This document shows, piece by piece, positions 29,139-38,791 of a stretch of 64,000 nucleotides of DNA. Source of the stretch: an uncultured SAR86 cluster bacterium (GTDB lineage: Bacteria; Pseudomonadota; Gammaproteobacteria; Magnimaribacterales; D2472); the NCBI GenBank assembly GCA_902516285.1, contig CABXXT010000004.1, forward strand, positions 18,963 to 82,962, in the 5' to 3' direction. A program made the position numbers and the translations under genes. Every line of letters starts with the position of its first letter. The stretch's first letter is position 1. The notes below the pieces were generated by a model that was given only the letters and a program-made list of their open reading frames with translations, had not been told where the DNA came from and did no database searches.

Positions 29139-31607
29139 TTATTGAAAAACCTTAAACTTTACTAATAAATTTGGTAACAAAGTTAATGAAATTATAAATG
29201 CAATAATCATGGCTATTGCTGTAAAAACTCCAAACAATGTAGTTGGAAAGAAATTAGATAAAATTAAAATGCAAAATCCTGACGCTATTGTAGTTGCTGT
29301 ATAAAAGATTGCTCTACCCGTTGTGCTGTGAGCATTGTTCAATGCTAGATCAATCGAATTAGTATTTTTTAATTCTTTCTTATATCTATAAATATAGTGA
29401 ATGGTATTGTCAACAGCCATGCCTACACTTATAGCTGCTACTGTTATAGTCATAATATCAAGAGGAATTCTAAATAAGCCTAGTAGGCCCATCACAGAGG
29501 ATGCAACAAAAATATTTGGAATCAATCCAATAATCATTACCTTTAGAGATTTAAAAATTAATAACAACATAAGTGAAATAACTGTAAAAACAATTAGAAG
29601 TGAGCTGATTTGAGATGTAAATAAGGATTGAAGCATATTGTTGTATAAAACAGCCAAGCCTGTTATTTCATATTGAGATTTATCTAAATTGAACTTGTTT
29701 TGAAGATCAGAATCAATTTTCTTTAACAAGTCGTTTCTGTTTAAACCTGAAGAAGACTCATTCACTCTTGTGGAAATTCTAACTACAGAGTCATCTTTAT
29801 TTATGTATGAGTATAGTAAAGTTTCTCTGATATCCTCCGGCAGTACAGACCTAAGCAGAGCTAGTTCTAGATCATTTAAATCTTCACCATCGTTAATTTG
29901 ACGAGCTAACTTTACTCCACTTGCGACACTTAGGACTTTTCCAATCTCTGGTATCGTATCTAAATAATCATGAATATCTTCAAGATTCCTTAACGAATAT
30001 ATGTTCCACCAATATCCTGCAGCTGAGCTGGTTTCATCATCAAAAAGATCATCATCAAAAATTTCATCATCAATCTCAATTGATTCAAAGCTATCCTCTG
30101 GCTGAGATATGATTATGTCAAGAGTAGCTGTTCCTCCAAGTTTTGAGTCAATTTCTGACATACCCTTATATATTTCAGTATTTTTATCGAAGTAATCAAT
30201 AAATCTATTCTCAACTTCAAGTTTTGAAATGCCTATAGTTAATACTAAAAACATAAATAAAAATGAAAAAGATATAAATATTCTATTTTTCTTGGAGAAA
30301 AAAAGTAATTTTTGAGTAATTTTGTGCAAAGAAAGATAATCCTTTGTTTTGATATCACTAATTATGAAAAGTGCGCATGGTAAAAATGTAAAGGTAAGTA
30401 TAAATGCTATAGCAATTCCAAATGCCATCATTTTACCGAATTCTATAACAGGCTTTAATTCACCAAAAGTTAAGGATAAAAATGCTACTGCAGTTGTTAA
30501 TGCAGCAAAGAAACATGGAATGAACATTTGATCATAACCTTGAATAATTGCTGTCTTTTTGTCAGTGTTTTTCTTAATCTCATTAATTTTTACCAATAGA
30601 TGAACTGTGAGTGATATTGTTAATATTAATAATAAAGCGATAAAGTTTGACGAAACTACACTTATTTTCCAGTCCATATAGCCCAAAAAACCAGCAGTTA
30701 TAAAAGTTGCTAAGAATGCATTTAAAAGAGGAAGTATAACAAACCAAAAAGAACCAAAAAATAGGTACAGCATTAATGCAAATATTAAAGCAACTGCAGA
30801 ACCGAAAATAATTAGATCAGATTCTATAAAGTCCATCATATCTGTAGCTATCATAGAAGGTCCACCAAGATAGATAGTCGCATCATCTCTGTAACGATCT
30901 AATGTACTTCTAATTTGTTTAATAAGTTGTTTATTAAAATCAGATTCTTGATCATTTATTTTACTAACTCTTGAGTTAATGAGATCTAATTCATTTAATA
31001 GTCTTTTCTTTTGTTCAGACTTTAATGGTTCTTTAGATTCTAGAGAATCAAGAATTAAGTATCTCTGATTTATTAATTCGTTATATTCATTGTTTCCTTT
31101 TAAAACTATCTGCATTGCAGTTACAGAGCCATCTTTACTTATAATTAATTCTTTATATATTGGATTATTAACAATTTCATCCTTAGCAAGCTTAAGATCA
31201 ATATCTTTTGAGGTTAAATCTTTTAAATTGTCTGCAACTTCAGTTAAATCAACTTTTGGTTGAAAAAAGATTGGGGCGTCTGCTAGCGACAAAACTGAGT
31301 CAACACCATCTATGTTTGTTAGATCATTTTCAAGATTGAGTATTCTATTTATGGAATAATCAGAAAATAATTCATTATTTGGCTCATAAGTTACTATTAG
31401 AAAAGTTGAATCTCCAAACTCATCTTCTGCTTCTCTGTAAGTCTTTAAAGTATAATCATTTTCAATAACCAATGCGTCTGATGATGCATCGAGTTTAAAG
31501 TTTTGAAGTCCAAGAGCTGATGAAAGAATGACAATAAAAACAAAAAATAAAACATAAATATAATTTTCTAAAAAAAATATTGCTAAGTTTTTTATGTCCA
31601 CTCGCAT
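29139..31607 (-). CDS. MMPL/RND family transporter
   Basis: Two periplasmic loops with about 12 TM helices, G.AVDNTIH motif. Confidence 0.88.
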   Translation of the reverse strand: MRVDIKNLAIFFLENYIYVLFFVFIVILSSALGLQNFKLDASSDALVIENDYTLKTYREAEDEFGDSTFLIVTYEPNNELFSDYSINRILNLENDLTNIDGVDSVLSLADAPIFFQPKVDLTEVADNLKDLTSKDIDLKLAKDEIVNNPIYKELIISKDGSVTAMQIVLKGNNEYNELINQRYLILDSLESKEPLKSEQKKRLLNELDLINSRVSKINDQESDFNKQLIKQIRSTLDRYRDDATIYLGGPSMIATDMMDFIESDLIIFGSAVALIFALMLYLFFGSFWFVILPLLNAFLATFITAGFLGYMDWKISVVSSNFIALLLILTISLTVHLLVKINEIKKNTDKKTAIIQGYDQMFIPCFFAALTTAVAFLSLTFGELKPVIEFGKMMAFGIAIAFILTFTFLPCALFIISDIKTKDYLSLHKITQKLLFFSKKNRIFISFSFLFMFLVLTIGISKLEVENRFIDYFDKNTEIYKGMSEIDSKLGGTATLDIIISQPEDSFESIEIDDEIFDDDLFDDETSSAAGYWWNIYSLRNLEDIHDYLDTIPEIGKVLSVASGVKLARQINDGEDLNDLELALLRSVLPEDIRETLLYSYINKDDSVVRISTRVNESSSGLNRNDLLKKIDSDLQNKFNLDKSQYEITGLAVLYNNMLQSLFTSQISSLLIVFTVISLMLLLIFKSLKVMIIGLIPNIFVASSVMGLLGLFRIPLDIMTITVAAISVGMAVDNTIHYIYRYKKELKNTNSIDLALNNAHSTTGRAIFYTATTIASGFCILILSNFFPTTLFGVFTAIAMIIAFIISLTLLPNLLVKFKVFQ

Positions 31608-31609
31608 AT

Positions 31610-31912
31610 TTAATTATTTACGCAGTTAGGTGAATCTAAAACAATAGGATTTTCCTTATATTCATCCTCATCAAATGCGTATATTGAAAGTGCATGAATT
31701 AATTTCATTATGTCATCCAATACCCCATAAATATGCTGGTGTCGCTTAACATTGGATTGATCTTTAAAATTATTACTTACAATTACAATTTTAAAATGGC
31801 TTTCAGAGTCTTCTGGAACATTATGCATATAACTCTCGTTTGTAATAGAAAGAATGGACGGTTTCAATGAATCAATTAAAAGATTTTTAATTGTTGTTTC
31901 CATTTTGCTCAT
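31610..31912 (-). CDS. bolA: BolA family protein
   Basis: NESYMHNVP..SESHFKIVIVS, RHQ.IY, IHALSI, SP.C. Confidence 0.9.
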   Translation of the reverse strand: MSKMETTIKNLLIDSLKPSILSITNESYMHNVPEDSESHFKIVIVSNNFKDQSNVKRHQHIYGVLDDIMKLIHALSIYAFDEDEYKENPIVLDSPNCVNN

Positions 31913-31922
31913 TTAGTCTTAA

Positions 31923-32381
31923 TTATCTATTCCAAATTCTGTTATAAATCAAAGCAAAAATAACTATAAAAGATGCCCCTATTGCAACTGGCATTATAAC
32001 GAATTCAAATGATTTTGCTCCAAGAATCGCAATTACAGGGTTAGCTCCTGCCGGAGGATGGGTTGTCTTTGTAAGCAACATAATCATAATTGCTAGCGAA
32101 ACACCTAATGCTATTGATAAAGGTGATTCTCCCAAGAAATAATAAACTATTACACCAGACGAAGCTGATAAAACATGGCCAAAAAATACATTTCGAGGTT
32201 TGGCAAGGGGACTATCAAAAACTGCAATTACTAACACCAAGCTTGCTCCAAATGGAGGAATCAACCAAACATTTGTCTGATCAATAGAATTGAAGTATGC
32301 AATAAGAAACATACATATAAATGCACCTAATGACGAAATTAATATATTTTGAATATTCTTTGAAAGAAAACTTAATTTCAT
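31923..32381 (-). CDS. HPP family membrane protein
   Basis: PPFGAS.VL, SPLAKPRNV..GH, HPPAGA. Confidence 0.9.
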   Translation of the reverse strand: MKLSFLSKNIQNILISSLGAFICMFLIAYFNSIDQTNVWLIPPFGASLVLVIAVFDSPLAKPRNVFFGHVLSASSGVIVYYFLGESPLSIALGVSLAIMIMLLTKTTHPPAGANPVIAILGAKSFEFVIMPVAIGASFIVIFALIYNRIWNR

Positions 32382-32416
32382 ATCTCTAGATTACCCTTTT
32401 TTTCTATATTTATAAA

Positions 32417-32608
32417 TTAACCATTTAAGTCAGGACTGTGATTCATATTATTTATCTCAACAATTACTTTTTCCCATTTGACCCATTCATCATTATTTAA
32501 TGCAGCTGCATATTCTGCTGCCCTCATCATTGCAACTGCTTCAGCATCATCTCCATATTGAGAAATAAGAGTATTGGCTAATGAATTAATAAGTTCTTTA
32601 TCTTGCAT
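32417..32608 (-). CDS. Hypothetical helical protein, 63 aa
   Basis: Occupies its own gap; protein-like composition (YGDDAEAVA..RA...W.KW..V). Confidence 0.65.
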   Translation of the reverse strand: MQDKELINSLANTLISQYGDDAEAVAMMRAAEYAAALNNDEWVKWEKVIVEINNMNHSPDLNG

Positions 32609-32670
32609 ATTATGTCATTCACTCAAATTGATGACTTTATCCCATGTATAATTGAAAGTATAGGTGACAT

Positions 32671-33666
32671 ATGCGAGTAGTTTGGGTAAAAGACGGAAAT
32701 ATAGGACATGAAAAGCAAGTTAAAGTTCTTCTTGATAAGCTTTCAGAAACTACTGACATGTCGGTGATTGAAAAAACTCATCGTCATACTTTTGTAAACA
32801 AAATTAATAACATAATTAATTATATTACTTTTGGCATATCGAGTATGTTTCTTAGTCAAGCTCAATTATCAAATGATCATTTATACATAAAACATAATGC
32901 AGATATTATTATTGGTGCGGGAAATGGCACTCACTATGAAATTATTCGTCTTAAGAGACTTTTATCTAGACACTCTAAAAAGCAAATAAAAGCAATCACG
33001 ATATTAAGTCCAACATATCTTAAAAATAAGTTCGACATTATTTGTGCGCCCTTGCATGATAAACACAAACACTCAAATGATTTAAGTAATGTTATATATT
33101 TTGAGGGCTCACTCGCAACTGTTTCTTTAAATGAGCCTGATATTAATACTATTTTAATTGCAGTTGGTGGAATAAATAAACATTATCATTTTGAAGAAGA
33201 TCATTTAATATCTCAAATCTCCTACTTTGTTTCATTAAATACAACTAAAAATTGTTTCATATTTAATACACGAAGAACACCTACTTCAATGAATAGTAAG
33301 TTAAAGCTTTTATCAGATAAATTTGACAATATAATCTTTTGCGATTTTAAAGAGACTGATCTTTCATTTGAAGACATTCTTCATAAATCATCTTCTAAAC
33401 TTATATCCAGAGATAGTGTAAATATGATTTATGAAAGTCTTTCATGCATTGGAGATACTTATCTATTGGATATGAAATCAAAAAGTGAAAAAAATAAAAT
33501 TGTTAAAAATGTAAATAGTTTAATTATTAATAGAAAGGTAGGTTATATAGATTGTGGAGATTTGGTTGAAGGTTTAGCCAAAATGAAATTATGCAAACAA
33601 AATGAATACAACGAGGTTATGGCAGAGGTAGAAAAAGTTGCATATGCATTAAATAAAGTAATATGA
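32671..33666 (+). CDS. ELM1/GtrOC1-family putative glycosyltransferase
   Basis: DGNIGHEKQ, IGAG..TH, FDII.AP.HD, GG..KHY, TRRTP, DSVNMIYES. Confidence 0.75.
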   Translation: MRVVWVKDGNIGHEKQVKVLLDKLSETTDMSVIEKTHRHTFVNKINNIINYITFGISSMFLSQAQLSNDHLYIKHNADIIIGAGNGTHYEIIRLKRLLSRHSKKQIKAITILSPTYLKNKFDIICAPLHDKHKHSNDLSNVIYFEGSLATVSLNEPDINTILIAVGGINKHYHFEEDHLISQISYFVSLNTTKNCFIFNTRRTPTSMNSKLKLLSDKFDNIIFCDFKETDLSFEDILHKSSSKLISRDSVNMIYESLSCIGDTYLLDMKSKSEKNKIVKNVNSLIINRKVGYIDCGDLVEGLAKMKLCKQNEYNEVMAEVEKVAYALNKVI

Positions 33667-34634
33667 AAGTTGTTCATTTGGTATTAAGTGAAACATTTGC
33701 AGGTATCGAGCAACATGTTGATGAGCTTCTTTCAAATAATCTTTTGAATGATCCAATACTCATATGTAACGAATCAATTGCAAAAAACTTCAACAACAAT
33801 ATAAAAGTATTCGAATTTAAAAATATTGGTAGAAGATCACTATATGGAAAATATAAACTTAAAAAGTTAGTCACATCAATTGATCCAGATATTGTTCATA
33901 CTCATGGAAGCAAAACTACTTCATTAATTTCATCAATCAATAATGGATCTTATAAACATATTGCCACTATTCATGGGGTTAAAAAAAATAAAAAGATATA
34001 TGAAAAAGCTGATTATGTAATTGGAGTCAGTAAGAAATCAATTGAGAATATACAAAATGATAGTAAGGTGATATCAAATTGGTGGTATCCAAAACTTACC
34101 AAATTAAAATCTAAAGGACATAAATATGCATTGGCTGTTGGTCGACTTGAAAAAGTTAAAGGTTATGACTTGCTTATATCTTCTTGGAAAAAAATAAATA
34201 TGGACCTAGTAATTGTTGGCTCTGGAAAAGAAAAACAAAACCTTGAAAATCTAATTAATAACAATGATTTATCATCTAAGATAAAGATCTTTGATAATGT
34301 TCAAAGAGATGAGTTAATAAAATTTTATAGTGATGCAAAATTACTCATTGTCTCTTCTAGAAATGAAGGTGGTCCAAGAGTTGCTCTTGAGGCTTTGTAT
34401 CTTGAGATACCAGTTCTGTCAACAGACGTTGGTCATATGAGAAGTATTTTACCTGATGAGCTTTTGGCTATACCTGACGATGAAAAATCATTAAAAAAGT
34501 TGTTAGAAAAGTATGTAGACAATATTGAAAATCTTAATCAAGAAGCGATATTTGAGTATATAACAAATGAGTTTTCTATAGATGAGAAAATTAAACAGAT
34601 AAAAGAAATATACAGTTATTTACTTAAAAGCTGA
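33663..34634 (+). CDS. GT4 glycosyltransferase
   Basis: AGIEQHV, PDIVHTHG, VGRLEKVKG, SRNEGGPRVALEA. Confidence 0.88.
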   Translation: MKVVHLVLSETFAGIEQHVDELLSNNLLNDPILICNESIAKNFNNNIKVFEFKNIGRRSLYGKYKLKKLVTSIDPDIVHTHGSKTTSLISSINNGSYKHIATIHGVKKNKKIYEKADYVIGVSKKSIENIQNDSKVISNWWYPKLTKLKSKGHKYALAVGRLEKVKGYDLLISSWKKINMDLVIVGSGKEKQNLENLINNNDLSSKIKIFDNVQRDELIKFYSDAKLLIVSSRNEGGPRVALEALYLEIPVLSTDVGHMRSILPDELLAIPDDEKSLKKLLEKYVDNIENLNQEAIFEYITNEFSIDEKIKQIKEIYSYLLKS

Positions 34635-35710
34635 TTATAAAGATCAAGAGTCTTATTAATCATTTTTTCTGAAGTAAAAGTATTCTCCTTTGGATATGGA
34701 TAATTGGTATCAGAAATTTTAATTACTCTTTCTTTTAATTGGTTAATATCTCCAAGCTTTACCAATCCATCCGGATAAAGTTCATCAAGAATTTCTTTAG
34801 TTCCTCCATGGTCCCAACCTATAAATTTAGAGCCGCAACTAATCGCTTCAATTGTTGTTCTTCCAAATGGTTCAGGTTTTGTTGATAAATTAAATACAAT
34901 ATCAGAAATATTATAGATATTTTTTATATCACTTCTTGATCCTGTAAAGGTTAATTTTGTATCAGTGCGCAAGAGTTGAGATTTTTGTTTTAAAGATTTT
35001 AAATATTTTTGTTTAGATTTAGAGGTTGGTCCAACAATAAGTCCATGAAAAGCCTTTCCATCCAATCTTGATATTAACTCAACGAAATCATCTAAACCTT
35101 TCCATTGAGAAATCCTCGCAGGAAGAGTTAATATAATTTTACTTTTTGTATTTGGATATTCCTTAAACCATTGATCCATCCATTCTTGTTGAGGGCGTTC
35201 CATATTAAAATTTTTTATATCACAACCTCTTGGAATAATTGTTACAAGATTTTTAGGTATCTTATAAGTATCAATAATATAATTTTTTACAGTTTTAGAT
35301 ATAGCGATTATGTGGTCAACTTTGGACATAACTTGACTATAAATAGGAGTGCTATAAAGACCATGAAACGTTGAAACTAAAATTGGTTTCTTGGATAGCT
35401 TTTTAAATGCAAAATAATTGATCCATGCAGGCATTCTTGACCTAACATGAACAATATCTGGCTTTTCTTGCTCATAGATATGAGAAAGTTTTTTAGCAAG
35501 AAACAATGAAAAAAGACTTTTCTTATGAATAGGTAGATTAAAGTGTTTAGCTCCATGATCAATGATGTCTTTCTCAAAAAGACCACCATTCGAAATTACA
35601 ATGGACTCGTGACCTTTTTCAATAAGTGCATTAGAAAAGTCTCGTGTTCCTCGCTCTACTCCTCCAATATTTAACTCAGGTAATACTTGTACAACTTTTA
35701 TTTTATTCAT
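34616..35710 (-). CDS. GT4 glycosyltransferase
   Basis: LPELNIGGVERGT, HVRSRMPAW, KPEPFGRTTIEA. Confidence 0.9.
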   Translation of the reverse strand: MNKIKVVQVLPELNIGGVERGTRDFSNALIEKGHESIVISNGGLFEKDIIDHGAKHFNLPIHKKSLFSLFLAKKLSHIYEQEKPDIVHVRSRMPAWINYFAFKKLSKKPILVSTFHGLYSTPIYSQVMSKVDHIIAISKTVKNYIIDTYKIPKNLVTIIPRGCDIKNFNMERPQQEWMDQWFKEYPNTKSKIILTLPARISQWKGLDDFVELISRLDGKAFHGLIVGPTSKSKQKYLKSLKQKSQLLRTDTKLTFTGSRSDIKNIYNISDIVFNLSTKPEPFGRTTIEAISCGSKFIGWDHGGTKEILDELYPDGLVKLGDINQLKERVIKISDTNYPYPKENTFTSEKMINKTLDLYNQLLSK

Positions 35711-36911
35711 ATCTTAAAGAAACAGCTGGATCTAATCTAGCTGCCCTTTTTGCAGGCCATATTCCAAAAAATAATCCAACAAGAGCTGAGAAAAATATCG
35801 AACCTAGAATTGCACTAAATGGAATAGAGAACATCCAATCATTAAATAGTGTAAATATAAATAAAAGTGAAACTCCAATGAAAACACCTATCAACCCACC
35901 TAATACACACAATAGGATGGCTTCAATTATAAATTGCATCATTATTGAATTTTGTGTTGCACCTAAAGCCTTTCTGAGACCTATTTCTCTAGTTCTTTCA
36001 GTTACAGAAACTAGCATGATATTCATTACGCCAATTCCTCCGACAATTAAACTTATTCCTGCAATACCTGCAATTAGAGCAGTAAAAATACTAGTAGCTT
36101 GTCTCCTTAAATCAGAATATTGACTCCAATCATTTATTCTAAAATCATTGTCTCCGCCAGGACCAATATCATGTTTTTGTCTCAAGATTTGTTCTATTGT
36201 CATCATCACATAATCAACATTTGTATCATTTGAAATACCTACATTAATCCAACCCAATCTTTCTGTACCTAAAATTCTCTGAGAAGCTGTTAATAAAGGA
36301 ACATAAAAATCATCATCAGGATTTTGCCATCCAGTAGATCCCTCCTCTTCAAGAATCCCTACAACTTTGTATGCAGTTCCGGCAACAAATATTTCTTTAT
36401 TAAGTATTTGACGAGCTGTTGTGTCTAATTCACCGGGAACTTTTGAGCCTAAAACAATTACTTTCTTTCTTCCAAGGTTTTCTTTTTCTGTAAATAGCCT
36501 ACCAAGACCTATATCAAAACCTCTTACTTTAAAATTTACTGGAAGATATCCATTGATTTCTCCACTGACATTTGAATTTAAAAATTTAACTTGTCTATTT
36601 CCTGACATAGCTGGAGCTATCAACCAATTATGTTCATTATTTTTTGCCAAAGCTTCAGCATCTTTAATAACTAGTGGATTAAAACCAGATGAAATACCTC
36701 CTCTCTTCCTTTGACTTGGAAAGATAGATAATGTTCTTGGTCCTAATTCATCAATACTGGCTTCTAAGGCCTTCTCAGCACTGCTACCAATGCCAATGAC
36801 TGCAATTACAGCAGCTGTTCCAATAATTATTGCAAGGGCAGTAAGAATTGATCTTATTCCATTTGATCTAATTGAGGAAATAGCTGATTGTACAGATTCT
36901 TCTACTAACAT
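35703..36911 (-). CDS. MacB/FtsX-family ABC permease
   Basis: RSILTALAIIIG, GGIGVMNIMLVSVTERTREIGLRKALGA, LDPAVSLRYE. Confidence 0.92.
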   Translation of the reverse strand: MLVEESVQSAISSIRSNGIRSILTALAIIIGTAAVIAVIGIGSSAEKALEASIDELGPRTLSIFPSQRKRGGISSGFNPLVIKDAEALAKNNEHNWLIAPAMSGNRQVKFLNSNVSGEINGYLPVNFKVRGFDIGLGRLFTEKENLGRKKVIVLGSKVPGELDTTARQILNKEIFVAGTAYKVVGILEEEGSTGWQNPDDDFYVPLLTASQRILGTERLGWINVGISNDTNVDYVMMTIEQILRQKHDIGPGGDNDFRINDWSQYSDLRRQATSIFTALIAGIAGISLIVGGIGVMNIMLVSVTERTREIGLRKALGATQNSIMMQFIIEAILLCVLGGLIGVFIGVSLLFIFTLFNDWMFSIPFSAILGSIFFSALVGLFFGIWPAKRAARLDPAVSLRYE

Positions 36912-38101
36912 TATCCAAGACTAAATGTTCTTTGAACTCTTTGCTTAAAACGTTCTTGATAATCAAAAAGACTCTTGCTTGGCAAGATATATATAGTGTC
37001 ACCATTATTAAGTCCTTCTATGATCTCAACATTATAAAGATCAGATACACCTACTTTTACCCATGTTAAAAATGGGCCCTTTTTTGAATCTTTAATTACA
37101 ATAAATTTATTGAAATTCTCACCCTTTACTTTTTTCTCTAAAAATTTATCAATATTAGTTTTTTCCATATCCAAAACAGCAGCAGCAGTATAAATATCTT
37201 TTCTAGTTCTCAGTGACATTGTTGGTACGCTTAGAGAAACACTTTTATTAAGTATTTCTATCACTACGTCAGTATTCATTCCAATTAATAACAGATTTTC
37301 TGCGTTATCTATATCAATTAATACTGGAAAAGTCGTAACATTCTGCTGAACGTAAGCTTGAGGTTCAATTTTTGAAACAGTTCCAATAAATTCCTTATCT
37401 CTATATGCTGCGACCTTAATCGATACAGATTGTCCGATTGAAACCTTTCCAACATCAATTTCATCAACTAATGCTCTTACTCGCACCTTTGATAAATCAG
37501 CCATTGTCATTAAAATACTACCTTCACCAAAAGCCGAGGTCGGTGAAGAAATTACTTGTCCAACCTCAACAGGCCTTGAAATTACAGTTCCATTTAAAGG
37601 AGATCTTACTTCAGTATCATCAAGAGAGATTTTTGCATTCTCAAAAGAGACTTCGTTACGTACTAGAGTTGATTTAGCTTGAGCATAATTTTCCTTAATA
37701 TCTTCAAAATCTTTATCAGAAATACTTGAGTTTTTATGTAATTCAACCCCTCTTTCAAATTGAGATTTTGCATTAATTAATCTTACGTTTGCTGCCTCTA
37801 AATCTGATTTAGTTTGATCAAGAATATTATTAGCAGTTCTTTGATCAATCTGAGCAAGTAAATATCCCTTTTCAATAAAATCCCCTACTTCTGCACCAAG
37901 AAATAATACCTCGCCTGATGCCTTTGATTTGATTTCTACAGATGAAATTGCTTCTATTACGCCAGAAGCGTCTATAGAAACTTCAAGTGTTTCTGATGTG
38001 GTTTGCTGTTTCTTATAAAACTGAGTTTCACCATTATCAGATGATTCCCCACATGCATAAAGAAACAATAAAAAGGTGAATATGAATGTTTTAGAATACA
38101 T
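36911..38101 (-). CDS. MacA-like periplasmic adaptor (membrane fusion protein), probable lipoprotein
   Basis: LYAC lipobox, IKSKASG, RSPLNGTV, VDEIDVGKV..GQ. Confidence 0.88.
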   Translation of the reverse strand: MYSKTFIFTFLLFLYACGESSDNGETQFYKKQQTTSETLEVSIDASGVIEAISSVEIKSKASGEVLFLGAEVGDFIEKGYLLAQIDQRTANNILDQTKSDLEAANVRLINAKSQFERGVELHKNSSISDKDFEDIKENYAQAKSTLVRNEVSFENAKISLDDTEVRSPLNGTVISRPVEVGQVISSPTSAFGEGSILMTMADLSKVRVRALVDEIDVGKVSIGQSVSIKVAAYRDKEFIGTVSKIEPQAYVQQNVTTFPVLIDIDNAENLLLIGMNTDVVIEILNKSVSLSVPTMSLRTRKDIYTAAAVLDMEKTNIDKFLEKKVKGENFNKFIVIKDSKKGPFLTWVKVGVSDLYNVEIIEGLNNGDTIYILPSKSLFDYQERFKQRVQRTFSLG

Positions 38102-38102
38102 C

Positions 38103-38780
38103 TTAGTTTTCCTTATCAGATTTTATAAGCCCATCCATAATAGTAATTATCCTATTTGATTGTTTTGCAATTTTATCTTCATGTGTAATTAGTATTATAG
38201 TCTGTCCATCATTATTAAGACGTTTAAATAAATCCATAACATCATTTCCTGTTTTTGAATCAAGATTGCCAGTTGGTTCATCTGCAAAAACTATACTTGG
38301 TTTATTTACAAGAGCACGAGCAATTGCAACTCTTTGTTGTTGACCTCCTGATAGTTCAGATGGTGAGTGATTTGCTCTATCTGATAAGCCAACTTGATCT
38401 AAAGCGATTTTAGATGCCTCTGATGCCTCTTTTTTATTAGTACCTGCATATTTTAAAGGTAACATTACATTTTCAAATGCAGAATTTCTGGGTAATAAAT
38501 GAAATGATTGGAATACAAATCCTATTTCTTCATTTCTAATTTTAGCCAATTCATCCTCAGACATACTTCCTACTTCTTTATTGTTAAGAAAATACTCACC
38601 TTTGGTTGGAGTATCAAGACAACCAATAATGTTCATCAAAGTTGTTTTACCTGATCCAGATGGACCCATTATTGAAATAAACTCGCCTTTGTTAACTGAA
38701 AAATTGATACCTTTTAGTGCTTCAACTTTTTGAGTTCCAATTTGATACTCTTTAACAATATTGTTTGTGGAGATAATCAT
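38103..38780 (-). CDS. ABC transporter ATP-binding subunit (MacB/LolD type)
   Basis: GPSGSGKT, IGFVFQSF, LSGGQQQRVAIARAL, ADEPTGNLD. Confidence 0.93.
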   Translation of the reverse strand: MIISTNNIVKEYQIGTQKVEALKGINFSVNKGEFISIMGPSGSGKTTLMNIIGCLDTPTKGEYFLNNKEVGSMSEDELAKIRNEEIGFVFQSFHLLPRNSAFENVMLPLKYAGTNKKEASEASKIALDQVGLSDRANHSPSELSGGQQQRVAIARALVNKPSIVFADEPTGNLDSKTGNDVMDLFKRLNNDGQTIILITHEDKIAKQSNRIITIMDGLIKSDKEN

Positions 38781-38791
38781 ATTGACTGATT

